DNA from: Phycisphaeraceae bacterium
GTDB taxonomy: Bacteria; Planctomycetota; Phycisphaerae; Phycisphaerales; Zrk34
NCBI GenBank assembly: GCA_040905565.1
Contig: JBBDRF010000078.1
Location: 10,106 to 74,105, forward strand
Reading direction: 5' to 3'
DNA: 64,000 bases
Position numbers and translations under genes: made by a program. Shown piece after piece: positions 40,212 through 49,243 of this stretch. A model generated the notes under the pieces. That model had not been told where the DNA came from. It made no database searches and was given only the letters and a program-made list of their open reading frames with translations. How positions within the stretch are numbered: the first letter of the stretch is position 1; each line of letters opens with the position of its first letter.

Positions 40212-40418
40212 TTACGGCTGCGGCGGCTGCGTGGGCTCGCCGGGCTCGGTGGGTTCGGTGGGATCGGTGGGTTCGCCGGGTTGGGTGCCGGGCTCGCCTG
40301 GTTCATACGCTGGGGGCTGCTCACCGCCGGGAGTATTCGGCGATTCCTGCTCACAGGCAATCATCCCCAAGGTGCTCACTCCGAGGACGGCGAGAAGCGT
40401 GAGAAGTTTCAGATGCAT
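40212..40418 (-). CDS. Small Pro/Glu-rich putative lipoprotein
   Basis: Hydrophobic leader ending in GMIA-C, PGE/PTE repeats, GGAAGA RBS-like sequence. Confidence 0.65.
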   Translation of the reverse strand: MHLKLLTLLAVLGVSTLGMIACEQESPNTPGGEQPPAYEPGEPGTQPGEPTDPTEPTEPGEPTQPPQP

Positions 40419-40487
40419 CGGACTCTTCCTTTCCAAAATTGGCGAAAATTCGGCCGCGTCATTCCTTGAACGCCGCGTGCTGAACCC

Positions 40488-40515
40488 TTAGACGCGGAAC
40501 CCGACGCTGAGTTCC
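40488..40515 (-). promoter_or_regulatory. ECF-sigma-type promoter
   Basis: Minus strand GGAAC-N16-CGTCTAA, about 70 bp upstream of the lipoprotein start. Confidence 0.6.
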
Positions 40516-40593
40516 CGCTCATGGCAAAAAAAATCACGTCACTTTTGGCGTGTCTGAACAGGCTTTCGTTCAAGCAGTTACGCATATATTCCC

Positions 40594-41136
40594 CTACGGC
40601 TTCCAAGCGATGTCGGCGACCTTCGCCAGCTGGTTCGCCCGCCGGGCCATGGCGAATAGCAGGTCGCTGAGGCGATTGATGTAGGAGAGCACCGGGGCAT
40701 CGACCGGTTCGGCCTGCGCCAGCGCCACGATCTGCCGCTCGGCCCGCCGGCACACGGTGCGCGCCAGGTGCAGCCGGGCTGCCGATTCAGTCCCCCCCGG
40801 CAATACGAAATGACGCATCGGCTCAAGCACCGCCGTGAGCCGATCTATCTCACGCTCAAGACGCTCGACCTGTGCTCCGTTGAATGGCTTGACGTGCCCG
40901 ATCGTCTCGCCCGGCGGGGTGCAGAGGGCCGAGCCGAGTTCGAACAACTCCGGCTGAAGCTGCATCAGCACCGGCTTGATGTGCTCAGGCTCGGCAACGA
41001 CGGCAGCAAACCCGATCGCGCTATTGAGTTCGTCGACGCCGCCGTACGCTTCCACACGCAGCGTGTTCTTCTCAACCCGCTGACCGCCGAAGAGGGCGGT
41101 CTGGCCGGCGTCGCCTTGTCGCGTATACAGCTTCAT
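40594..41136 (-). CDS. ATP:cob(I)alamin adenosyltransferase, PduO type
   Basis: KLYTRQGD.G.T, YG.VDELNS, FVLPGG, ARTVCRRAER, YINRLSD. Confidence 0.93.
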   Translation of the reverse strand: MKLYTRQGDAGQTALFGGQRVEKNTLRVEAYGGVDELNSAIGFAAVVAEPEHIKPVLMQLQPELFELGSALCTPPGETIGHVKPFNGAQVERLEREIDRLTAVLEPMRHFVLPGGTESAARLHLARTVCRRAERQIVALAQAEPVDAPVLSYINRLSDLLFAMARRANQLAKVADIAWKP

Positions 41137-41303
41137 CGTCTGGCGCTCGTGGTCAAAGTAGCACGCCCCGGAAGCTCCGAGGTTCGATGACTATAGCACA
41201 GGTACTCAGAAGAACCTATGCCGGTGCGAAACCGAGCGCCGCACGAGGGAACATCCGGTGGCGGGGGCGGGGCGATTGCTGCTGTGAGATGACGAAGGCT
41301 TGA

Positions 41304-42416
41304 TCAGAGCCCGCCACGGTCGGCTTCGGCCCCACCGCCAAGCCGAAGCTCGGGCACGTCACCGGCTTCACCGGAAGTCGAGGAGGCCTGCTCACCGCCA
41401 GAAGCGCGACGGCTCGGCGCCGGCTGCGTCTCGTGCGCCAGCGGATCGGGCCGATAGATGGCCGTGCCGAGCGCCCAGATACGCTCGGTGAAGTTGCCGC
41501 CCAGCTGTTCGCTGCGATTGGATTCGCCCCGGCCGGCAGCAATGGCCATGTGCATCCGGGCGTCGACGTTATCCAGCAGGCTCACGAAGATCGCTTCGGG
41601 CGTGGCGGGAATCTTCACTGCTCCGAATTCGGTCTGGCCATGGTGCGACAGGATAATGTGTTGCAGCACGCGGAGGACGTCGGGATCCAGCGGGTCGCCG
41701 TTCTCCGCACATCGCCTGGCCTTCGATTCCAGCCACATCGCCCCACGCACAATATGCCCCACCAGCTTACCGTCGTCGGAGTAAGCGAAGCCCGACTCCC
41801 ACGTCAGCTCTTCGCATTTGCCCAGGTCGTGCAGGAACAGGCCCATCAGAACGATGTCGCGGTTGATCTGCGGATACAGCGGCAGCGTCGCCTCGGCCAG
41901 CTTCAGCAGGGCCAGCGTGTGTTCCAGCAGCCCGCCGAGGTACGCGTGATGCAGCTGCATTGCCGCCGGGGCACGCTTGAAATTTTCCATCAACGGCTTG
42001 TCCGCCAGGTACACCTGCAGCAGGTTCTCCAGCTGCGGACTCTGCATCGACTGCATGATCTTCAGAAGCTGCTCAAACATCTCATCAGGATCACGCTCAC
42101 TGCTCGGCAACAGCTCGCGAAGGTCGGCCGCCTCCGGCGTATGCGGGCGGATCGTCTGAACGATGATCTGCATCTCGCCCTGATACGGCTGCGTCTGACC
42201 TTCTATATAGACAAAGCCGTCGGTCGGCAGCGAATTGACCAGCTCCTCCGAGGCGTTCCACATCCGCCCGGGCGTTCGCCCCGTCCGGTCGCACAGCAGG
42301 CACTTGAGAAAGGCCTTGCCGTTACGCGTGAGCCCCAGCTGACAGTTCTGGATGCTGAAGATGCCCTCGATAAGCTGGTTGGGCAGCATGTCCTGAATGA
42401 ATGTGCGTCGTGCCAT
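41304..42416 (-). CDS. OB-fold + HD domain 3'-5' exoribonuclease, YhaM-like
   Basis: PAA...HHAYLGGLLEH, LHDLGK, GHI, ILSHHG, PATPEA. Confidence 0.9.
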   Translation of the reverse strand: MARRTFIQDMLPNQLIEGIFSIQNCQLGLTRNGKAFLKCLLCDRTGRTPGRMWNASEELVNSLPTDGFVYIEGQTQPYQGEMQIIVQTIRPHTPEAADLRELLPSSERDPDEMFEQLLKIMQSMQSPQLENLLQVYLADKPLMENFKRAPAAMQLHHAYLGGLLEHTLALLKLAEATLPLYPQINRDIVLMGLFLHDLGKCEELTWESGFAYSDDGKLVGHIVRGAMWLESKARRCAENGDPLDPDVLRVLQHIILSHHGQTEFGAVKIPATPEAIFVSLLDNVDARMHMAIAAGRGESNRSEQLGGNFTERIWALGTAIYRPDPLAHETQPAPSRRASGGEQASSTSGEAGDVPELRLGGGAEADRGGL

Positions 42417-42713
42417 GAATCTGATCCTTCTGAGAAGCCCGTCATAGTAGCGGAGGTCTGAAGGAAGTCCAAAAACGAGCAAGCTCGCAGGACAACGGCA
42501 TTTGTCCAAGGTCGTCGGCGCCTCTCGTCTCTGCGCTCGTCCGGGGAATAAAACGCGCTGGCTGGGGCACTGCTGGGATGGAGCGAGCTTCAGGCCGAGC
42601 ATCGCCCGCCGCCCGCCGGACACATTTCGGCAAGTCCTCTACAGAGGCTATTATGTCGTTACCGCTTCCAGCGGCCGAACACCTGAAGTTGATGACGAAG
42701 CGAAGGAAAGATC

Positions 42714-43919
42714 ATGAGCCGTTCAACCAGACTTACCGTTCAGCAGCCTGACCCGGAAGAATCAGCCGGCCTTGAAGCGGCGGTGCTTTCGCGCTATGCC
42801 CGCGGTGCCGAGGCCGTGGAGCCGGCGCTCTGCTGTCCGACCGATGGGTACGACGCACAGTACCTCAAGATCATCCCGCAGGAAATCCTCGAAAAAGACT
42901 ACGGCTGCGGCGATCCCTCGCGGCACGTTGGCGAAGGCGAAACGGTCGTCGATCTCGGTTCTGGAGCCGGCAAGATCTGCTACATCCTGGCGCAGAAGGT
43001 TGGGGCGAACGGCCGCGTCATCGGCCTCGATTTCAACGACGCGATGTTGGATCTCGCCCGAAGCTATGCCGACGAAATGGCTGGCAAACTCGGCTACCAG
43101 AACTTCACGTTCCACAAAGCGAAGATTCAGGACATGGCCCTCGATCTGGACGCCGCGCACCAATGGCTCACGGCGAATCCCGTGACCGGCGTGGAACAGC
43201 TGGCCCGCTTCGAAGCGTGGTGCGACCAGACGCGGCAGGAACGGCCGCTGGTGCCCGACGACAGCGTCGACGCCATCGTCTCCAATTGCGTGCTGAACCT
43301 GGTGAAGCCCGAGCAGAAGCGTCGCTTGTTCGGCGAGATGTTCCGCGTGCTCCGCACCGGCGGCAGGGCGGTCATCAGCGACATCGTCTGCGATGAACAG
43401 CCCACCGAAGCGATGCAGAACGACCCCGACCTCTGGAGCGGCTGCATCTCCGGCGCCTTCCGCGAAGATCGATTCCTCGCCATGTTCGAAGAGGCTGGGT
43501 TCCACGGCGTCGAGATTCTCTCACGCAGCGAGCAGCCCTGGCAGACGATCAACGGCATCGAATTTCGCGCCATGACCGTGCGGGCTCACAAGGGCGATGC
43601 GGGGCCGTGCATGGAGCGCAACCAGGCGGTCGTTTACAAGGGGCCATGGAAGCAGGTGCGCGACGACGATGGCAATGTCTACCACCGCGGCGAGCGGATG
43701 GCGGTGTGCGCGAAGACCTATCAGATGCTCAACGATCCCGCGGGGCCCTACGCCGAGCAGGTGATCGGCGTGGAGCCGGGGGTGCCCGTCCCTGCCGATG
43801 CCGCGGAGACGTTTGATTGCAGCAGGCCGATCCACCGAAGCCCGCAGCAAACCAAGCGTGGCCAGGCCGAGGCGACCGATGCTGTCGACGACGCATGTGC
43901 CGGCGGGTCGTGCTGCTGA
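42714..43919 (+). CDS. arsM: Arsenite methyltransferase-like SAM methyltransferase
   Basis: LCCP, YGCGDP, DLGSGAGK, SNCVLNL, WSGCISGA, terminal SCC. Confidence 0.75.
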   Translation: MSRSTRLTVQQPDPEESAGLEAAVLSRYARGAEAVEPALCCPTDGYDAQYLKIIPQEILEKDYGCGDPSRHVGEGETVVDLGSGAGKICYILAQKVGANGRVIGLDFNDAMLDLARSYADEMAGKLGYQNFTFHKAKIQDMALDLDAAHQWLTANPVTGVEQLARFEAWCDQTRQERPLVPDDSVDAIVSNCVLNLVKPEQKRRLFGEMFRVLRTGGRAVISDIVCDEQPTEAMQNDPDLWSGCISGAFREDRFLAMFEEAGFHGVEILSRSEQPWQTINGIEFRAMTVRAHKGDAGPCMERNQAVVYKGPWKQVRDDDGNVYHRGERMAVCAKTYQMLNDPAGPYAEQVIGVEPGVPVPADAAETFDCSRPIHRSPQQTKRGQAEATDAVDDACAGGSCC

Positions 43920-43940
43920 TTTGATGGAAAGGATGACGCT

Positions 43941-44933
43941 ATGGTTCCCCCATCGGCCTCGGCGCCGCTCACCATCAACGGCAGCAATGGCTTCGACGCG
44001 GCAATCGAGCAGGCCGCTCGGCAGCCGCTGACCGGGCTGGCCATCGACACGGTGCAGGCGAACATCGGCCTGCGGTGCAACCTTGCGTGTCACCACTGCC
44101 ATGTTGAATCCTCACCGAAGCGCGAAGAGCAGATGAGCTGGCAGACCATGCAGGCTGTGCTTGATGCTGCGGAGCGGGCCGGGGCACACACCCTCGACAT
44201 CACCGGTGGCGCGCCCGAGATGCATCCCGAATTCCGCCGCTTTGTCGACGCCGCCGTCGGTCGCCACCTTCATGTGATGGTGCGCACGAACCTGACGATC
44301 ATGCTTCAGCAGGGCTACGCCGACATGCCCGAGTTCTTCGCTGAGCGTGGCGTGCACCTCGTGGCCTCGCTGCCGTGTTATCTGCCGAACAATGTCGACA
44401 AGCAGCGCGGCAAGCACGTCTATCGTGACAGCGTCGAAGTCATCCAGCGTCTCAACCGCGTCGGCTACGGCATTGACGAGCAACTGAAGCTGGACCTCGT
44501 TTACAACCCGCTCGGCCCGAGTCTGCCACCCGATCAGAAGCAGCTTGAACAGGCTTACCGGGTGGCGCTCTTCAACGAGTTCGACATCCGCTTCAACCAG
44601 TTGTACGCCATCACAAACATCGCCATCGGCCGATTTCTGCACGACCTCGATCGCGATGGCAAAGCCGCTGAGTATCAACAGCTGCTACGTGATGCGTTCA
44701 ACCCCGGCACGATCGAAGGCCTGATGTGCCGCCATCAACTGCACGTCGGCCACGACGGCACGATGTACGATTGCGACTTCAACTTCGCGCTCGGCTTGCC
44801 CGTTGAAGGGCCCGCCATGCACATCCAGCAGTTCGATCCGCAAACCTTCCGCGACCGCCAGATCGCCACCGGCGAGCACTGCTTCGCCTGCACCGCAGGC
44901 TCCGGCTCATCGTGTGGCGGCACCCTGGCATGA
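43941..44933 (+). CDS. arsS: Radical SAM/Cys-rich protein of the arsenosugar biosynthesis ArsS family
   Basis: CNLACHHCHV, DITGGAPE, ASLPCY, LMCR, YDCDFN, HCFACTAG.GSSCGG. Confidence 0.88.
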   Translation: MVPPSASAPLTINGSNGFDAAIEQAARQPLTGLAIDTVQANIGLRCNLACHHCHVESSPKREEQMSWQTMQAVLDAAERAGAHTLDITGGAPEMHPEFRRFVDAAVGRHLHVMVRTNLTIMLQQGYADMPEFFAERGVHLVASLPCYLPNNVDKQRGKHVYRDSVEVIQRLNRVGYGIDEQLKLDLVYNPLGPSLPPDQKQLEQAYRVALFNEFDIRFNQLYAITNIAIGRFLHDLDRDGKAAEYQQLLRDAFNPGTIEGLMCRHQLHVGHDGTMYDCDFNFALGLPVEGPAMHIQQFDPQTFRDRQIATGEHCFACTAGSGSSCGGTLA

Positions 44934-46642
44934 GACACACACCCGCAAGCACCGGCACAACAAAGAACATGACGATGCACGATGAGCCGCCCATCGAAGA
45001 GCCCGGTCACACCTCCCGCTTCGCGGCGCTTCGATCGCCCGCCACGGCACGGTGGGTGAAGCTGATCTCGATCGGCCTGATCATCATCGGCCTGTTGCTG
45101 ATCGCCCAGGCACTGCCGACGGGGCAGTGGATGCAGGCGCTCGTCGGATGGGTCCAACAACTCGGCCCACTCGGCCCGATCATCTACATCGGCGTCTATG
45201 CAATGGCGACGGTGCTGATGCTGCCGGCCTGGCCTCTTTCGGTCGCGGCGGGGATGATCTTTGGGCTCTGGCTGGGTTCGCTGGTCGTGCTGGTCGGCGC
45301 GACTTCCGGTGCCGCCGGTGCCTTCCTCATCGGCCGCTATCTCGCAAGGCGGACCGTCGAAAAAAACCTGCGACACTACCCACGTTTTGCTGCGGTCGAC
45401 CGCGCCGTCGGTGAAGGCGGGTGGAAGATCGTGGCGCTATTAAGGCTATCGCCCGCGGTACCGTTCAACCTGCAGAACTACCTTTACGGTTTGACCGCGA
45501 TCCGCTTCTGGCCCTGCATCCTCGCGACGGCCGTCGCCATGCTTCCCGGGATTTTTCTGTATGTCTACCTCGGCTTTGCGGGACGCGCGACGCTGGAAGC
45601 GGGGGCGGTTGAACGTGGGCCGGGGCAGTGGGCACTGATGATCGTGGGCCTCGTGGCGACGGTTGCCGTCACCGTCTACGTCACGCGGCTCGCTCGCCGC
45701 GCGATTCGTGAGCAGACGCCATTGGAGGAAGTTGACCCCACTGAAGAGGAGCGTGATGCGATGAACACTGAACAAGCCGTGAACAATCCGTGGAAAGGTG
45801 CCGCCATTGCCGCGGGCGTCGCTTTTATCGTGCTGTTTGGCGCAGCGTGTGCGCAGTTGCAGCCGCAGTGGTTTGTGAACCTGGTCGGCGGCCCGCCGGC
45901 AGTTGCCATGGCCGAAGCCTACGAACCGCGCCCCGGCGGCCCCGGCTTCGATCATGCGCCATTCGACGCAATTCTCCAGCAGCACGTGAACGACAACGGC
46001 GGCGTCGATTACGCAGCCATCGCCGCCGATCCCGAGCCACTTCGGCAGTACAACGCGTCGCTTGCCCAGGCTCCGTTCGACGCGATGGGGCGGGACGAAA
46101 AGCTCGCCCTGCTGATCAATGCCTACAACAGTTTCACCTTGGAATTGATGATCGACTGGCTCGACCGTCCCGGCATCAACGGCATTCGTGACATTCCAGA
46201 GAGCCAGCGCTGGGACGCGGAGCGGTGGAACATCGGCGGCCACGTCTGGAGTCTCAACCAGATCGAGCACGAGCAGATCCGCCCGAAGTTCAGAGAGCCG
46301 GACATTCACTGGGCGCTGGTGTGTGCTGCGGTCGGCTGTCCGCCGCTTCACGCCGAGGCCTACACCGCCGATCGACTTGATGAGCAGCTACGCGATCAGG
46401 CCCGCATCGCGCATACCGACGGCTCACGCTGGCTGCGGTACGATCGCGAGCGCGGCGTGATTCATCTCACAGCGTTGTACAACTGGTACGGCAGTGATTT
46501 TGAGCAGGTCGCCGGGTCGGTCCTCGACTACGCCGCAAAATATCATGCTCCGCTCAAGGCCGATCTTGAGGCCGATCGGCGGCCTCGTGTGCAATGGCTC
46601 GATTACGACTGGGCACTCAACAATCAGGAGAACCTGCCGTGA
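44930..46642 (+). CDS. Fusion of a DedA/TVP38 (VTT) membrane domain and a DUF547 domain
   Basis: LLRLSP..PFN..NY..G (TVP38); INAYN, IEH..IR, IH.ALVCAAVGCPPL, YDW.LN (DUF547); start at 44930 (ATGA overlap) or 44969. Confidence 0.85.
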   Translation: MRHTPASTGTTKNMTMHDEPPIEEPGHTSRFAALRSPATARWVKLISIGLIIIGLLLIAQALPTGQWMQALVGWVQQLGPLGPIIYIGVYAMATVLMLPAWPLSVAAGMIFGLWLGSLVVLVGATSGAAGAFLIGRYLARRTVEKNLRHYPRFAAVDRAVGEGGWKIVALLRLSPAVPFNLQNYLYGLTAIRFWPCILATAVAMLPGIFLYVYLGFAGRATLEAGAVERGPGQWALMIVGLVATVAVTVYVTRLARRAIREQTPLEEVDPTEEERDAMNTEQAVNNPWKGAAIAAGVAFIVLFGAACAQLQPQWFVNLVGGPPAVAMAEAYEPRPGGPGFDHAPFDAILQQHVNDNGGVDYAAIAADPEPLRQYNASLAQAPFDAMGRDEKLALLINAYNSFTLELMIDWLDRPGINGIRDIPESQRWDAERWNIGGHVWSLNQIEHEQIRPKFREPDIHWALVCAAVGCPPLHAEAYTADRLDEQLRDQARIAHTDGSRWLRYDRERGVIHLTALYNWYGSDFEQVAGSVLDYAAKYHAPLKADLEADRRPRVQWLDYDWALNNQENLP

Positions 46643-48201
46643 TCCGTACTGCGGAACAACTCAGTGAAGCAGAGCGGCAGGAGGCGTGGGCCTCGCCCGC
46701 CCTGCAGCCGCACGACGAACACAATCAGCGGCTCCGGCAGGCAACCCACCCCGCCGACTGGACCAATCCCACGCCGAAGGGCCGGTACAACCTGATCGTC
46801 ATCGGCGCGGGTACGGCGGGGCTGGTCACCGCCGCTGGGGCAGCTGGGATGGGCGCGAAAGTCGCCTTGATCGAGCGAAGCCTGATGGGCGGCGACTGCT
46901 TGAACGTCGGCTGCGTGCCGAGCAAAGCGCTCATCCGCTGTGCCCGCGCCGTGGCTGATGTGCGTGATGCTGCGACGTTCGGCGTGAAGGTGGACGCCGA
47001 GCCGCAGGTCGATTTCGCCGCCGTCATGGAGCGGATGCGAAAGATTCGCGCCGAGATGAGCAGCCACGATTCGGTCGCCCGCTTCACCGAGCTCGGAATC
47101 GATGTCTACCTCGGCGAAGCGAAGTTCACCAGCCGCGACACGGTGGAAGTGGGCAGGCAGTCATTGCGTTTCGCGCGGGCTGCCATCACCACCGGGGCGC
47201 GTGCGATCGCACTGCCGATCAAGGGGCTGGAGGACGTGGGTTACCTCACGAATGAAACCGTCTTCTCGCTCACCGAGTTGCCGAAACGGTTGGCGGTCAT
47301 CGGTGCGGGGCCCATCGGCTGCGAGATGGCGCAGGCATTTTCGCGACTCGGATCGCAGGTGACGCTGATCGAAGCCGAGCCACGCATCATGCCCCGTGAA
47401 GATGCCGAGGCGGCGGAGATCGTCGAATACGCCATGCACCGCGACGGCGTCAGCATCATCTGCGGCGGCAAGACCGTCGACATCACCGGCGAGGGCAGTG
47501 ACAAAGTTTTGCGCCTCGACTGTCAGGGCACGGCGAAAGAGGTGCGGGTTGATGAGATTCTCCTCGGCGTCGGGCGGGCTCCCAACGTTGAATCACTTAA
47601 CCTTGAAGCGGCGGGTGTGGACTACGCCAAACAGGGCGTGCAGGTGAACGATTATCTGCAGACGAGCAATGCGAACATCTACGCCGCCGGCGACGTCGCT
47701 TCGGAATACAAGTTCACCCATGCCGCCGATGCGATGGCGAGGATCGTGATTCAGAATGCTCTGTTCTTCGGCCGCGCCAAGGTCAGCGATCTGAGCATCC
47801 CGTGGTGCACGTACACCGATCCTGAAGTGGCGCACGTCGGGCTCTATGAGCACGAGGCGAAGGAGCAGGGAACGGCGGTGCAGACGCTGACGATCAACCT
47901 TGCCGACGTCGACCGCGCCCGCCTCGACGGCGAAACCGAGGGGTTCCTGCGCGTCCACCTGAAGCAAGGCTCGGACCGCATTCTCGGTGCCACGCTCGTC
48001 GCCCGTCATGCCGGTGAGATGATCTCGGAGATCACAGCGACCATGGTCGCCGGCAAGGGGCTGGGTAGTCTGGCGAAAACGATTCACCCCTACCCCACGC
48101 AGGCGGAGGTGATCAAGAAAGCCGCCGACGCCTACAACCGCACACGCCTGACACCGCGCATCAAAAGTGCCTTTAAAACCCTGCTGAAATGGCGGCGGTG
48201 A
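46639..48201 (+). CDS. Flavin-disulfide oxidoreductase (LpdA/MerA family, lacking the MerA C-terminal Cys pair)
   Basis: GAGTAG, GGDCLNVGCVPSK, GAGPIG, HPYPT; GTG start overlapping the upstream stop, AGGAG RBS. Confidence 0.9.
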   Translation: MIRTAEQLSEAERQEAWASPALQPHDEHNQRLRQATHPADWTNPTPKGRYNLIVIGAGTAGLVTAAGAAGMGAKVALIERSLMGGDCLNVGCVPSKALIRCARAVADVRDAATFGVKVDAEPQVDFAAVMERMRKIRAEMSSHDSVARFTELGIDVYLGEAKFTSRDTVEVGRQSLRFARAAITTGARAIALPIKGLEDVGYLTNETVFSLTELPKRLAVIGAGPIGCEMAQAFSRLGSQVTLIEAEPRIMPREDAEAAEIVEYAMHRDGVSIICGGKTVDITGEGSDKVLRLDCQGTAKEVRVDEILLGVGRAPNVESLNLEAAGVDYAKQGVQVNDYLQTSNANIYAAGDVASEYKFTHAADAMARIVIQNALFFGRAKVSDLSIPWCTYTDPEVAHVGLYEHEAKEQGTAVQTLTINLADVDRARLDGETEGFLRVHLKQGSDRILGATLVARHAGEMISEITATMVAGKGLGSLAKTIHPYPTQAEVIKKAADAYNRTRLTPRIKSAFKTLLKWRR

Positions 48202-48388
48202 CCGGCCTGTACGACGTGGAGGCCCGGGAGAGTCCTGAGGCACTGGTCGGGGCGGGCCGGTGGTAACGGCGTGGGGGGACGCGCGTAGAGGCTGCCTATG
48301 ATGCGGCTCGTCAGGTGTGGGGCCTGATGGTCGGGCGCGGTGGATGCTGTCAGGTGCCGGCGCCGCGCGTGTTTTGTGAGGGGGGAAC

Positions 48389-49243
48389 ATGGGGACCGAC
48401 GAACCGGTCGATTTGTTGATGATCAGCTGGAACCGCCGGGCGTACTTGGAAAAGACGCTGGCGAGACTGCTAAACGATCCGAGCGACTTTCGTCTGCACT
48501 GGTGGGACAACGGCTCGACCGATGGGGCGGCCGACTTGATGGCCGAGACGCACGACCCGCGCATCGTGCACAAGCATCACTGCCCCACGAACGCGATGCA
48601 GGGCGTGCCCACGCAGTGGTTTCTCGAGCAGGCGAAGTCTGATGTCATCGGAAAGATCGACGACGACACGCTGATCCCACCACGCTGGAGTGAGCCGATC
48701 GCTGCTGCCGTGCGCGCTCATGACGAACTGGGCATGGTCGGCTGCTGGACATTCTGGATGGACGACTACGAACGGAACCGCGCCGCGGCCGACGGTCGTG
48801 TGGTGCAGTTCGGCGAGCACGGCGTGATGCAGGCGGCGTGGATCGGCGGCACGGCAGTGCTCATCCGCAAAGAGCTGGCGAAGCGGTATCACAACCGCGC
48901 TTCGTCCGGACGTGAATTCGCCATCAATCGCATCAAGATGACCGTCGACGGCTACATCAGCGGCTGGTACTACCCGCTGATCTGGGCGGAGCACATGGAC
49001 GACCCGCGCTCCGAGCATTGCCTGATGACCGACGCCGCCGGAATAGACGGGCAAGCTGCACTCACCGCCCGCGCACGTGGCTTCACCGCACCGTCGCAGT
49101 ACCTCAACTGGATCAAGCGCGACGCCGACCAGGTGCTCACCCGCGGCGTCCGGCAACAGGTACGACGCTGGCGCTGGCAGAACTCGGCTTTGAAGCTCTT
49201 CGCCGACCGTACGCGGATCAAAGTCTTGCGGGGGTTTAGCTGA
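48389..49243 (+). CDS. Glycosyltransferase family 2
   Basis: SWNR...L, DNGSTDG, IDDD. Confidence 0.85.
   Translation: MGTDEPVDLLMISWNRRAYLEKTLARLLNDPSDFRLHWWDNGSTDGAADLMAETHDPRIVHKHHCPTNAMQGVPTQWFLEQAKSDVIGKIDDDTLIPPRWSEPIAAAVRAHDELGMVGCWTFWMDDYERNRAAADGRVVQFGEHGVMQAAWIGGTAVLIRKELAKRYHNRASSGREFAINRIKMTVDGYISGWYYPLIWAEHMDDPRSEHCLMTDAAGIDGQAALTARARGFTAPSQYLNWIKRDADQVLTRGVRQQVRRWRWQNSALKLFADRTRIKVLRGFS

Noticed and set aside
46639..48201. Mercuric reductase / mercury resistance
   Set aside because: No C-terminal Cys-Cys, no N-terminal HMA domain, an LpdA-like HPYPT motif, and no merR/T/P genes.
29120..48201. Functional link between the bacillithiol operon and the arsM/arsS cluster (thiol reductant for ArsM)
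   Set aside because: About 8 kb of unrelated genes lie between them; chemically plausible but unsupported by the sequence.
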